A stretch of DNA of 64,000 nt. Origin: Bacteroidales bacterium. GTDB taxonomy: Bacteria > Bacteroidota > Bacteroidia > Bacteroidales > JAAAOM01. Location of the stretch: assembly GCA_963665085.2 (NCBI GenBank), contig CAXXXS010000001.1, positions 609,155 through 673,154 on the forward strand. The letters run 5' to 3'. This document shows positions 1 to 8,349 of this stretch, piece by piece. Under the pieces are notes generated by a model that was not told where the DNA came from, searched no databases, and saw nothing but the letters and a program-made list of their open reading frames with translations. The position numbers and the translations under genes were made by a program. Positions within the stretch are counted from its first letter, which is position 1. Each line of letters starts with the position of its first letter.

Positions 1-2
1 TT

Positions 3-1280
3 AAGTTTGAAGGTAAAGAATCAAAAAATCCTTTGGCTTTTAAATTTTATGATGAGAACAAAATCATCGGTGGTAAAACAATGAAGGAATACTTTCGGTT
101 TGCAATTGCTTACTGGCATTCTTTCTGTGGAGATGGTGGCGATCCTTTTGGTGCAGCAACAATTAAACATCCATGGAGCACAAAAGCTGATGCTACAGAA
201 AGAGCAAAAGACAAGATGGATGCAGCTTTCGAATTTATCACAAAAATTGGAGCCCCATATTACTGTTTTCATGATGTTGATATTATTGATGAAGGAAGCT
301 CTATCTCAGAGTATGAAAGTCGTATGCAAACAATTGTTGATTACGCAAAAGAAAAACAAAAAGCATCGGGCGTAAAACTTCTTTGGGGAACTGCTAATGT
401 ATTTTCTAACCCAAGATATATGAATGGCGCTTCTACAAACCCGGATTTTAATGTTATCACCTATGCAGCTACACAGGTAAAAAATGCATTGGACGCAACC
501 ATAGCCCTTGGCGGTGAGAATTATGTTTTCTGGGGAGGTCGTGAAGGATACATGTCCTTATTAAACACAGATATGGGACGTGAACTTGACCATCTAGCAA
601 AATTCCTTCATATGGCTAAAGATTATGCCAGGAAGCAAGGATTTACAGGACCATTTTTAATTGAGCCAAAACCTATGGAGCCAACAAAACATCAATATGA
701 TTTTGACACGGCAACAGTAATCGGATTCTTAAGAAAATATGGTTTAGAAAAAGATTTCAAAATGAATATTGAAGTAAACCATGCTACATTGGCTGGTCAT
801 ACTTTCCAACACGAGCTACAGGTAGCTGCAGACGAAGGTATGTTTGGTAGTATTGACGCAAACCGCGGAGATTACCAAAATGGATGGGACACAGACCAAT
901 TCCCGGTTAACATCTACGAATTGGTTGAAGCAATGCTTGTAATTAAAGAAGTAGGCGGATTTACAACCGGAGGTGTTAACTTCGATGCAAAAATCAGAAG
1001 AAACTCAACCGATCCTGAAGATCTGTTTATTGCTCATATTTCAGGTATGGATGCATTTGCAAGGGCATTACTTGTTACAAATGATATTCTGGAAAAATCT
1101 GATTATCTAAAAATGAGAAAAGAGCGTTATGCCTCTTTTGATAGTGGTGACGGAAAAGCTTTTGAAGAAGGTAAACTTACTTTGGAACAAATGCGTGAAT
1201 TGGCTATTAAAAATGGAGAGCCAAAACAAATAAGCGGAAAACAAGAATTATATGAGTCTATTATAATCCAGTATATTTAA
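3..1280 (+). CDS. xylA: Xylose isomerase, 5'-truncated by the window edge
   Basis: The frame is open from nt 3 ([20 protein letters not shown]...), so the ORF-track TTG at 33 is not the real start. XylA hallmarks are present: [51 protein letters not shown]. Confidence 0.95.
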   Translation, partial: KFEGKESKNPLAFKFYDENKIIGGKTMKEYFRFAIAYWHSFCGDGGDPFGAATIKHPWSTKADATERAKDKMDAAFEFITKIGAPYYCFHDVDIIDEGSSISEYESRMQTIVDYAKEKQKASGVKLLWGTANVFSNPRYMNGASTNPDFNVITYAATQVKNALDATIALGGENYVFWGGREGYMSLLNTDMGRELDHLAKFLHMAKDYARKQGFTGPFLIEPKPMEPTKHQYDFDTATVIGFLRKYGLEKDFKMNIEVNHATLAGHTFQHELQVAADEGMFGSIDANRGDYQNGWDTDQFPVNIYELVEAMLVIKEVGGFTTGGVNFDAKIRRNSTDPEDLFIAHISGMDAFARALLVTNDILEKSDYLKMRKERYASFDSGDGKAFEEGKLTLEQMRELAIKNGEPKQISGKQELYESIIIQYI

Positions 1281-1306
1281 TAGAAGAACTAATCAAATAT
1301 AACAAG

Positions 1307-1382
1307 GCTGTCCAAAAAGTCTTTTGATATATAACCTGACAGAGTCACTAGACCTGTCAGAGTTACTTTTTGGTCAGCTTTT
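1307..1382. terminator. Nested-hairpin bidirectional terminator between convergent xylA and the glycosyltransferase gene
   Basis: Outer arms are GCTGTCCAAAAAGT (1307-1320) and ACTTTTTGGTCAGC (1365-1378); 13 of 14 positions pair. Inner arms are CTGACAG (1336-1342) and CTGTCAG (1354-1360). A TTTT run follows. Confidence 0.6.
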
Positions 1383-1393
1383 ATTATTTCTGT

Positions 1394-2497
1394 CTATAAT
1401 TTATTAAAAACAGAAATCAATTTTTCTTTCTCATTCTCCCAGGTTAATTCCTGCTTTGCCTTTTCCAGGTTCATTTTCCAGCCTTTAATTTGTTCTTCAT
1501 CACCGATCATTTCTATTAATACAGCAGCTAAATATTTAGGCGTTCTTTCCTTAAGAATCTTCCCAATACCATAGTCTTCTATGATTCTTCTCATCTCGGG
1601 GAAATCTGATACCAGAACAGGAATTTTTGCATTTATATAATCAAAAAGTTTATTGGGAAGCGCATAATAATAATTCAAGCCTAGGTTTTCTTCAATAGAA
1701 ATACCTACGTCAGCCATCTTCGTGTAATATCCAAGTTGTTCAAAAGGAACCCGACCTAAAAATATTATGTTATTTCTTGAGTTAACTTTTTTTGCTTGTT
1801 GTTCCAGTTTTTCTTTAACATCTCCTCCTCCAATTACTACCAAGTTTGCCTCAACGTCTTGCATGGCCTCTATTATTAATTCCAATCCTCTTCCTATATT
1901 TACAGTGCCCTGGTATAGAATAATTTTACCGTCGGGAAGAGCAACAGGTGTTTTTGGTGTTGAAATTTCCTGCTTAGCAAAAGGTATATTTCTTACAACT
2001 TCAAATTTTACATTATATTTTTTTTGATAAAAATCTGCTATTGACTGACAAACTGTATAACAATTTTCAAGTTTAGGAATAAAATAATCTTCTATTTTTT
2101 GCCATACAGCCTTTACTTTTTTTCTATTTGTGAGTTCAGGCACTTCACTAAACAATTCATGACTATCAAATACCAGAGGTTTCTTTCGAATCCTGGCCGC
2201 AAAGAAATTAGCTGGGAGTACATCAACATCATTTGCCAGAAAAATATCAGCCTTCACAAATAAAAAATAAAAGAAAAGACGAATATTGTAAAATGCATAA
2301 AAAAGAGCGGACCTGTTAAAAATCAATCTAAATCTTTTTGTTTTATAAATTCTATGATTAACCGGCAAACTGGATTTTAATTTTCTCCCAACTAACAATA
2401 CGTCATATCCTTCTTCTGTTAAAGTCCGGGCAACTTTATTAACTCGTTGGTCGGTAATTAAATCATTTATAACGGAAATAATTATTCGTTTATCCAT
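1394..2497 (-). CDS. Glycosyltransferase, GT-B fold (GT4/GT1-like)
   Basis: 367 aa. The C-terminal half has the typical GT4 layout (GRVPFEQLGYYTKMADVGISIEE ... LPNKLFDYINAKIPVLVSDFPEM). The substrate cannot be assigned. Confidence 0.8.
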   Translation of the reverse strand: MDKRIIISVINDLITDQRVNKVARTLTEEGYDVLLVGRKLKSSLPVNHRIYKTKRFRLIFNRSALFYAFYNIRLFFYFLFVKADIFLANDVDVLPANFFAARIRKKPLVFDSHELFSEVPELTNRKKVKAVWQKIEDYFIPKLENCYTVCQSIADFYQKKYNVKFEVVRNIPFAKQEISTPKTPVALPDGKIILYQGTVNIGRGLELIIEAMQDVEANLVVIGGGDVKEKLEQQAKKVNSRNNIIFLGRVPFEQLGYYTKMADVGISIEENLGLNYYYALPNKLFDYINAKIPVLVSDFPEMRRIIEDYGIGKILKERTPKYLAAVLIEMIGDEEQIKGWKMNLEKAKQELTWENEKEKLISVFNKL

Positions 2498-2552
2498 AAA
2501 TTATTTGCTACTTAACAAATATTTTTAGCTTTGTACACATTAACAAGAGCAA

Positions 2553-3572
2553 ATGTACCAAAGAAAAGAAAACTTATCCCTAAAGCTTTTAAATACCTTT
2601 CATATTGATGCTTCAGCAAAAGAAGCTTTAATAATAAATTCAATAGATGATGCAAAAGAAATTGTGGCATCAGGGATTTTAAAAAACAAAGAACATTTTG
2701 TACTCGCTGGAGGCAGCAATATTTTATTTACATCTGATTATGATGGTACTTTGTTATTACCCCAGATTAAGGGAATTGAAATAGAAGAAGAAGACAAGAG
2801 CTATTACTGGATCAAGGCATATGCCGGAGAAAATTGGGATGATTTTGTAAATACAACTGTTGAAAATGGTTGGGGAGGACTTGAAAATCTATCCTCAATT
2901 CCTGGTACCGTTGGTGCCAGTCCAATACAAAATATTGGGGCTTACGGCGTTGAGGTCAAAGACAGAATAAGCCAGGTTGAGTACCTTGATTTAGAAACAG
3001 GGGATATCTTCAAGCTAAGCAAACCCAGGTGTGATTTCGAATATCGCTCCAGCATCTTTAAAAAAGAACTCAAGGGAAAAATAATAATACTATCAGTTAT
3101 TTTCAGGCTAATGAAAAAACCAGTAGTCAACTACAAATACAAAAGTATCGCAGACAGATTTGATGGCAAATACTTAGATGATGTATCTATTAAGGACATA
3201 CGTGACGTTGTTATTGAAATAAGAAACAGCAAATTACCTGACCCCGACAAAATTGGAAATGGAGGAAGTTTCTTTAAAAATCCAATCGTGAAAAAAGAAA
3301 ATTTTAAAGAGATAAGTGCTGATACTCCAGATTTCCCTTTTTATGAAATAAATTCAGATTATGTAAAAATACCTGCCGCCTATCTAATTGAGAAATGTGG
3401 ATTGAAAGGTTACCGTGATAATGATGCCGGTGTTCATGAAAATCATCCTTTAGTACTGGTAAATTATGGTAATGCAACAGGCAAAGAAATTTTTGATTTA
3501 TCAGAAAAAATACGAAGGAAAGTTTTAGAGAGATATAACATTGAGCTGGAAAGAGAAATTAATGTTGTTTAG
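2553..3572 (+). CDS. murB: UDP-N-acetylenolpyruvoylglucosamine reductase
   Basis: 339 aa. It has the FAD-binding PCMH-type N-terminus (LNTFHIDASAKE ... LAGGSNILF) and MurB C-terminal motifs (GSFFKNP, AAYLIEKCGLKGYR). Confidence 0.93.
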   Translation: MYQRKENLSLKLLNTFHIDASAKEALIINSIDDAKEIVASGILKNKEHFVLAGGSNILFTSDYDGTLLLPQIKGIEIEEEDKSYYWIKAYAGENWDDFVNTTVENGWGGLENLSSIPGTVGASPIQNIGAYGVEVKDRISQVEYLDLETGDIFKLSKPRCDFEYRSSIFKKELKGKIIILSVIFRLMKKPVVNYKYKSIADRFDGKYLDDVSIKDIRDVVIEIRNSKLPDPDKIGNGGSFFKNPIVKKENFKEISADTPDFPFYEINSDYVKIPAAYLIEKCGLKGYRDNDAGVHENHPLVLVNYGNATGKEIFDLSEKIRRKVLERYNIELEREINVV

Positions 3573-3578
3573 TTTATC

Positions 3579-5423
3579 TCATTTTTTATAGAAATCTATT
3601 ATCGAGTTAAGTTCTTTCTCTATCTCAGCAGCCCCTTCTCCAAGGATAAAACCAATTTTCTGGACCAATTCGAGGTTCTTATCAATAACATCTGAAACCC
3701 TATTCATTACTTCTGCTTTTTGTACCTCCGGAGAACTCATATCCCTGAGGATTGCAGCTACAACCTCACCTTTTTTTATTGAAAACAAAGAAATATTAAT
3801 AATCTTATCTTCAATATTCATATCGCGGTTATCAATATCCTCTCCGTTATTCAGAACAAATGAGAAAAGGTTGTGAATATCATACGGCAATAATTTAGTA
3901 AGATCTGCCCCCTGTAAACCAGGTATTACTTCATTTATCTCTTCAGCATCTTCTCCAACAATTCTAATAAATGTTTGATTTGTAAGTAATACTTTTAAGT
4001 CCTTATCGACGATTATAATCCCTGCCCTCAGTTTTTGCAAAACAGATTTCATCAACCCGGAAGTTGATTCATATGTGTTTTTTTCTTTAACAAAGGTATT
4101 TTCTGTTTCGTTAATAACACTCTTTAACTTTTTAATTTCATTTTCAGATTGCTCCTGTTGTTGTTCCAGGTTCTTAAGATTCTTATATATGTAAGAAATA
4201 CATAAAATAGGTTTTGTCAATCCCTGGGCTACTGCTATTGCAAACTCCCTACATGATTTATATCCGCAAGAGGAACACCCGTTTCTATTACCACACTTAC
4301 CAAGTATTTCTAATTGTTTACTAATTTCTTCTTCAGAAGGCAATTCAATTCTTTGATCATCGGGTTGGAATGTTGTAGAAAGATCAAACAGCAGATATTT
4401 TTGCAACTGTTGATTCCATTCAAACCGGAAGAAATTTTTCAACCTCTTGTTTGCATATTGAATAACCAGTGTTTCACGAAGTGTTTTTGTGGCATTTTTG
4501 GTCATCCCCGGGCCTGATAAAGAACTTCCGTAGGTTATATTAAAATGCTTTTTAATATCTTCAATTCGGGACTCAAATTCATTAATTGCATCAATCATTG
4601 CCTGTTTTCCTTCAATTGAAAACACTTCTTTATTAAGAAGGTTCTCACTCATCTCTGCCGCTTGCAATAAACCATTATTGATTGGAAATAACGAACCTTT
4701 GTATCCCAAAGGAGGATCAAATTCTGAATATTCAAGTGTCCCCTCAGAAATATTAAACTTTTTAAATAACTCTCTTAGTTCAGTAAATGTAATTGCAGCA
4801 TCAATTCTAACTCTTTCTTTATACCTGAGAGCTTCATTCTTTCTTGCAATCTCGGGACCTATATAAACAAGATTTGCCTTGTCCCCATAAATTTCCCGAA
4901 CCATTATTGATGTTGCAACCATTGGAGACACAAAAGGGGCAAGATTATTTGCCAGGTTCGGCTTATATTTCTCAATATAATTTACAACCACCGGATCTGT
5001 TGATGTTATGTAGTACCGACCTTTAAAATTATTGAGCAAATCCAGATATTTGTAGGCTATTAAATCTACACCAAATGATACTTCATGAACATGATCAAAC
5101 CCAAGCTCTTTTATCATTTGAACAAATTTCCGGTAATCTGTAATATCGCTAAACTCTGCAGAGATACTTGGCGAAACAACTGCAACATTTTTCTTATCTG
5201 ATGCCAAAAGAGTTTCAACCTCATTAATAGAGCTTCGATAATAAATAACATTCTCAGGACATTGTGTCACACAATTTCCACAACCAATACATCTACTGTC
5301 ATTAACTTCGGGAAGATCATTATCATCCAGAAGAATTGCATTGACAGGGCAAGACCTTACACACGCAAAACAAGCACTACATTTTTCTTTTTCTATAGAA
5401 ACGAGCGGTTCTATATTATTCAT
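3579..5423 (-). CDS. [FeFe]-hydrogenase-like sensory protein: 2x[4Fe-4S] ferredoxin domain, degenerate H-domain without H-cluster cysteines, Fe-S motif, PAS-like domain
   Basis: Two CxxCxxCxxxCP motifs are present (CSACFACVRSCP, CIGCGNCVTQCP). The central region is collinear with the HydA H-domain, but the signature positions read ITSTDPVVV (for TSCCPxW) and YIGPEIARKNE (for MPCxxKxxE). Next comes CSSCGYKSCREFA (RnfB/CdhD-type putative Fe-S motif), then a coiled segment and a PAS-like C-terminus (GIIIVDKDLKVLLTNQTFIRIVG...). Confidence 0.8.
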   Translation of the reverse strand: MNNIEPLVSIEKEKCSACFACVRSCPVNAILLDDNDLPEVNDSRCIGCGNCVTQCPENVIYYRSSINEVETLLASDKKNVAVVSPSISAEFSDITDYRKFVQMIKELGFDHVHEVSFGVDLIAYKYLDLLNNFKGRYYITSTDPVVVNYIEKYKPNLANNLAPFVSPMVATSIMVREIYGDKANLVYIGPEIARKNEALRYKERVRIDAAITFTELRELFKKFNISEGTLEYSEFDPPLGYKGSLFPINNGLLQAAEMSENLLNKEVFSIEGKQAMIDAINEFESRIEDIKKHFNITYGSSLSGPGMTKNATKTLRETLVIQYANKRLKNFFRFEWNQQLQKYLLFDLSTTFQPDDQRIELPSEEEISKQLEILGKCGNRNGCSSCGYKSCREFAIAVAQGLTKPILCISYIYKNLKNLEQQQEQSENEIKKLKSVINETENTFVKEKNTYESTSGLMKSVLQKLRAGIIIVDKDLKVLLTNQTFIRIVGEDAEEINEVIPGLQGADLTKLLPYDIHNLFSFVLNNGEDIDNRDMNIEDKIINISLFSIKKGEVVAAILRDMSSPEVQKAEVMNRVSDVIDKNLELVQKIGFILGEGAAEIEKELNSIIDFYKK

Positions 5424-5432
5424 CCCAACGTT

Positions 5433-5687
5433 TTAGTTTGTTTTCTTTAATCCCTTATCCAGTATTTCAACTATATTTTCCTGAGAAATATTTTCAAATA
5501 TTACATCGTTGATTTTTAGGTTTGGCCCATTACTGCAATTACCTAAACAATGATTTCCTAAAAATTCAACTTTTTCTTTTAACTTATTTTTAATAAGATA
5601 TTCATTAATTAAAGCATACATCTTTTTATTTCCTCGTGCAAAACAGGAACTACCCATACATAACATTATTTCATCTTTTCCTTGCAT
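5433..5687 (-). CDS. Thioredoxin-like [2Fe-2S] ferredoxin (NuoE/HydC-like)
   Basis: 84 aa with a Cx4C ... Cx3C pattern (CMGSSC ... CLGNC). It lies 9 nt upstream of the hydrogenase-like gene on the same strand. Confidence 0.8.
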   Translation of the reverse strand: MQGKDEIMLCMGSSCFARGNKKMYALINEYLIKNKLKEKVEFLGNHCLGNCSNGPNLKINDVIFENISQENIVEILDKGLKKTN

Positions 5688-5834
5688 GATGTCCCAATAT
5701 CAAAGCATAAGTAAAATTAAGTATTTTTATTTTTGATGTTTATTAAAACACCTGCTCACTGAAAAACAAATCTGACAGTGATTTTTCTTTTTAGAATTTT
5801 AGTTATCGATAAAAATACAACATAAAAAGTTTTT

Positions 5835-5852
5835 TTGTTATTTTAATAACAA
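5835..5852. promoter_or_regulatory. Candidate Rex operator in the divergent ferredoxin/rex promoter region
   Basis: The site is TTGTTAT-TTTA-ATAACAA, a perfect 7-bp inverted repeat with a 4-nt spacer. This is the same 18-bp geometry as the canonical Rex box TTGTGAA-N4-TTCACAA. It lies 78 nt upstream of the rex ATG and 148 nt from the ferredoxin start. A TAttTTTG -7-like box is at 5879-5886. Confidence 0.55.
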
Positions 5853-5929
5853 TATTTTTATGAATTCCTTGTAATACTTATTTTTGTATAGTAGAAATTA
5901 CATCCTACTTTTTAAGGATAGCCAAAAAG

Positions 5930-6565
5930 ATGCAGAAAAGAACATTACCTGAAAAAACTGTTGAGCGGTTAAGCGAATATAGAAGGACTTTATTAGATTG
6001 CATGACTCGGGGAAAAACACACATCTATTCTCATGAGCTCGCCTCTCTGCACCACATTACCGCTGTACAGGTTCGAAGAGACATCATGTTTTTAGGCTAT
6101 ACTAGTTCTGGTCGAAAAGGTTATTCAATCAAAGATCTGATTAAATTTATTGGTAAAAAAATTGACTCAAAGATCACTTTGAATGTAGGTGTAATTGGTA
6201 TGGGTAACTACGGGAAAGCAATCTCAACTTATTTTAAAGGAAAAAGACCTACATTAGAAATTGTTGCTGCGTTTGATATTGATCCTAAAAAATCAGGCAA
6301 AAACATTGCTGGAGTAGATTGTTACTCGATGGATGATTTACAAAAAATTATCGTTGACAAAGACATTTCTATTGCAATCTTAACAGTTCCACCTAAATCT
6401 GCTGAAGAAATCAGTCTTAAACTTGTTAATAGTGGAATCAAAGGAATTTTAAATTTTACTTCTGTTCTTCTAAATGTCCCTAACAATATCTATCTGGAAG
6501 AATACGATATGATTACTTCGATTGAAAAAGTTGCCTACTATGTAAAAAATCAAAATATAGAGTAA
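5930..6565 (+). CDS. rex: Redox-sensing transcriptional repressor Rex
   Basis: 211 aa. It has an N-terminal winged helix (SHELASLHHITAVQVRRDIMFLGY) and a Rossmann GxGxxG motif (VIGMGNYG). Length and layout are typical of Rex. Confidence 0.9.
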   Translation: MQKRTLPEKTVERLSEYRRTLLDCMTRGKTHIYSHELASLHHITAVQVRRDIMFLGYTSSGRKGYSIKDLIKFIGKKIDSKITLNVGVIGMGNYGKAISTYFKGKRPTLEIVAAFDIDPKKSGKNIAGVDCYSMDDLQKIIVDKDISIAILTVPPKSAEEISLKLVNSGIKGILNFTSVLLNVPNNIYLEEYDMITSIEKVAYYVKNQNIE

Positions 6566-6611
6566 CTCTTTTTCTTTTTCAACCTTTTAGGTTTTATCCT
6601 GTTAAAGGGCT

Positions 6612-7277
6612 ATGATTACACAAAAGAAATATGAATTACATAAAGCCTATATTTTAAAGAATAAAGAAATTACACCCGGTACTTTCCTCCTATCCTTTAA
6701 AAGAACATTTAATTTCTCACCCGGGCAAGTGATGGCATTAACTACAAAGGAGAACATACCTGCCCGACTTTATAGCATCGCAAGTGGAAATTCTGATGAA
6801 ACGATTGACATTCTTTACGATGTGAAAAACGAAGGAGAACTAACGCCCAGATTATCCATCCTTGAAAAAGATGACATGATCTTGTTTTCCTCTCCCTTTG
6901 GAAAATTTATTGATAACAACGAACCTTCATACTGGATTTCAACAGGTACAGGAATCGCTCCTTTTATCTCAATGATTAAATCAGGATTAATAAAAAATAA
7001 AAAACTTATCCATGGGGCAAGAAATCAATATTTTTTCTATTTCGAAGATTTTTTAAAATCCAAACTAGGTTCAAATTACATTCCGTGTTGCTCGCAGTGT
7101 GAGGATAACCGGTTTTTCAAGGGTCGGTTAACCGAGTATCTAAAACAAAAAGAAAATTTAAGCATCAACGAAAAATTCTATCTTTGCGGAAGTGCCGAAA
7201 TGATCGTTGATGTGAGAGATATTTTAATTGACAAGGGAGTTCCTTTCAATAACATTATCTCAGAAATATATTTTTAA
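6612..7277 (+). CDS. Ferredoxin-NADP reductase-like FAD/NAD(P)-binding oxidoreductase
   Basis: 221 aa. It has the FNR-family FAD motif RLYSIAS, the NAD(P)H motif GTGIAPF and the late LCGS motif. It lies directly downstream of rex. Confidence 0.75.
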   Translation: MITQKKYELHKAYILKNKEITPGTFLLSFKRTFNFSPGQVMALTTKENIPARLYSIASGNSDETIDILYDVKNEGELTPRLSILEKDDMILFSSPFGKFIDNNEPSYWISTGTGIAPFISMIKSGLIKNKKLIHGARNQYFFYFEDFLKSKLGSNYIPCCSQCEDNRFFKGRLTEYLKQKENLSINEKFYLCGSAEMIVDVRDILIDKGVPFNNIISEIYF

Positions 7278-7284
7278 AAAGTTA

Positions 7285-8322
7285 ATGGAAAAAGAAAATT
7301 TATTTGGCAAGTCATTAAGTGAAATTAAAGTAATTACCGATAATTATAATCTCCCAGGCTTTACTGCAAAACAAATTGCTTCCTGGATGTACCAGAAAAA
7401 TGTTTCGTCGATTGATGAGATGACTAACTTATCAAAGAAAGCAAGAGAAAGTCTTTCCAATGATTTTTTTCTAAAAAAGGATAACCATACAAAATGCGAA
7501 TCGTCGAGTGATGGGACAAAAAAATATCTTTTCCCCATTAAAGACAAATTTGTAGAAGCAGCTTATATTCCCGAAGAAGACAGAAGTACTTTATGTGTTT
7601 CTTCCCAGGTTGGATGTAAAATGGGATGCTTATTTTGTTTGACAGGCAAACAGGGGTACCAGGGCAATCTCTCTTCCGGTGAAATATTGAACCAAATTTA
7701 CTCGTTACCAGAAAAAGAAAATCTTACCAATATTGTTTATATGGGAATGGGAGAACCCATGGATAATATAGATAACGTTCTCACATCGCTTGAAACCTTA
7801 ACTTCTGAATACGGACAAGCCTGGAGCCCCAAAAGAATAACCGTTTCTACAATTGGGATTATCCCTTCCATGGAAAAATTTCTAACCCAGAGCAAATGCC
7901 ATCTGGCTATAAGTTTGCATAATCCTTTTCATGAAGAAAGATTAAAAATAATGCCTATTGAAAATGTATATCCAATAAATGACATTATAACACTTCTAAA
8001 AAATCATGATTTTGGTAGACAAAGACGTGTCTCATTTGAATACATTATGTTCAAAGGATTTAATGACTCACAAAATCATATAAAAGGATTAACCCAATTA
8101 TTAAACGGATTACGTTGCCGTGTAAACCTAATCCGTTTCCATTCCATCCCAGGAACACCTTTAGAAGGATCGGATGAAAAAACAATTCAAGAATTTAAAA
8201 CGGCTCTTAACAATAAAGGTATAACTACGACAATAAGAGCTTCAAGGGGACAGGATATATCTGCAGCTTGCGGAATGTTGTCTACTAAATCGTTACTTAA
8301 AAATCAAGAAAAAAACTATTAG
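7285..8322 (+). CDS. rlmN: 23S rRNA/tRNA adenine-C2 methyltransferase, radical SAM
   Basis: The radical-SAM motif CKMGCLFC, GMGEPMDN and the C-terminal ACGML cysteine are present. I moved the start to ATG 7285 (MEKENLFGKSL...), because the ORF-track start at 7228 overlaps the previous gene. Confidence 0.92.
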   Translation: MEKENLFGKSLSEIKVITDNYNLPGFTAKQIASWMYQKNVSSIDEMTNLSKKARESLSNDFFLKKDNHTKCESSSDGTKKYLFPIKDKFVEAAYIPEEDRSTLCVSSQVGCKMGCLFCLTGKQGYQGNLSSGEILNQIYSLPEKENLTNIVYMGMGEPMDNIDNVLTSLETLTSEYGQAWSPKRITVSTIGIIPSMEKFLTQSKCHLAISLHNPFHEERLKIMPIENVYPINDIITLLKNHDFGRQRRVSFEYIMFKGFNDSQNHIKGLTQLLNGLRCRVNLIRFHSIPGTPLEGSDEKTIQEFKTALNNKGITTTIRASRGQDISAACGMLSTKSLLKNQEKNY

Positions 8323-8349
8323 TTATATTTTTCCAACTTAGTTCATTTT

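Noticed and set aside
21-375. Track ORFs 21-272 (-) and 100-375 (+), which overlap xylA
   Set aside because: They are shadow ORFs in alternative frames of a strongly supported gene. Their translations are low-complexity and Cys/Leu-rich, with no recognisable motifs. The same reasoning applies to the other 60-160-aa ORFs embedded in longer genes, for example 1767-2027, 4314-4517, 8831-9052, 14026-14511, 15415-15663, 16317-16628, 28344-28622, 41924-42292, 43815-44153, 49689-49937, 50447-50740, 54117-54398, 57473-57751 and 61697-61999.
7228-7284. Upstream extension of rlmN (MTREFLSITLSQKYIFKKL) overlapping the FNR-like gene by 50 nt
   Set aside because: RlmN proteins begin close to the MEKENLFGKSL-type sequence, and ATG 7285 lies just after the upstream stop. 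The extension is translated from the 3' end of the preceding gene in another frame.
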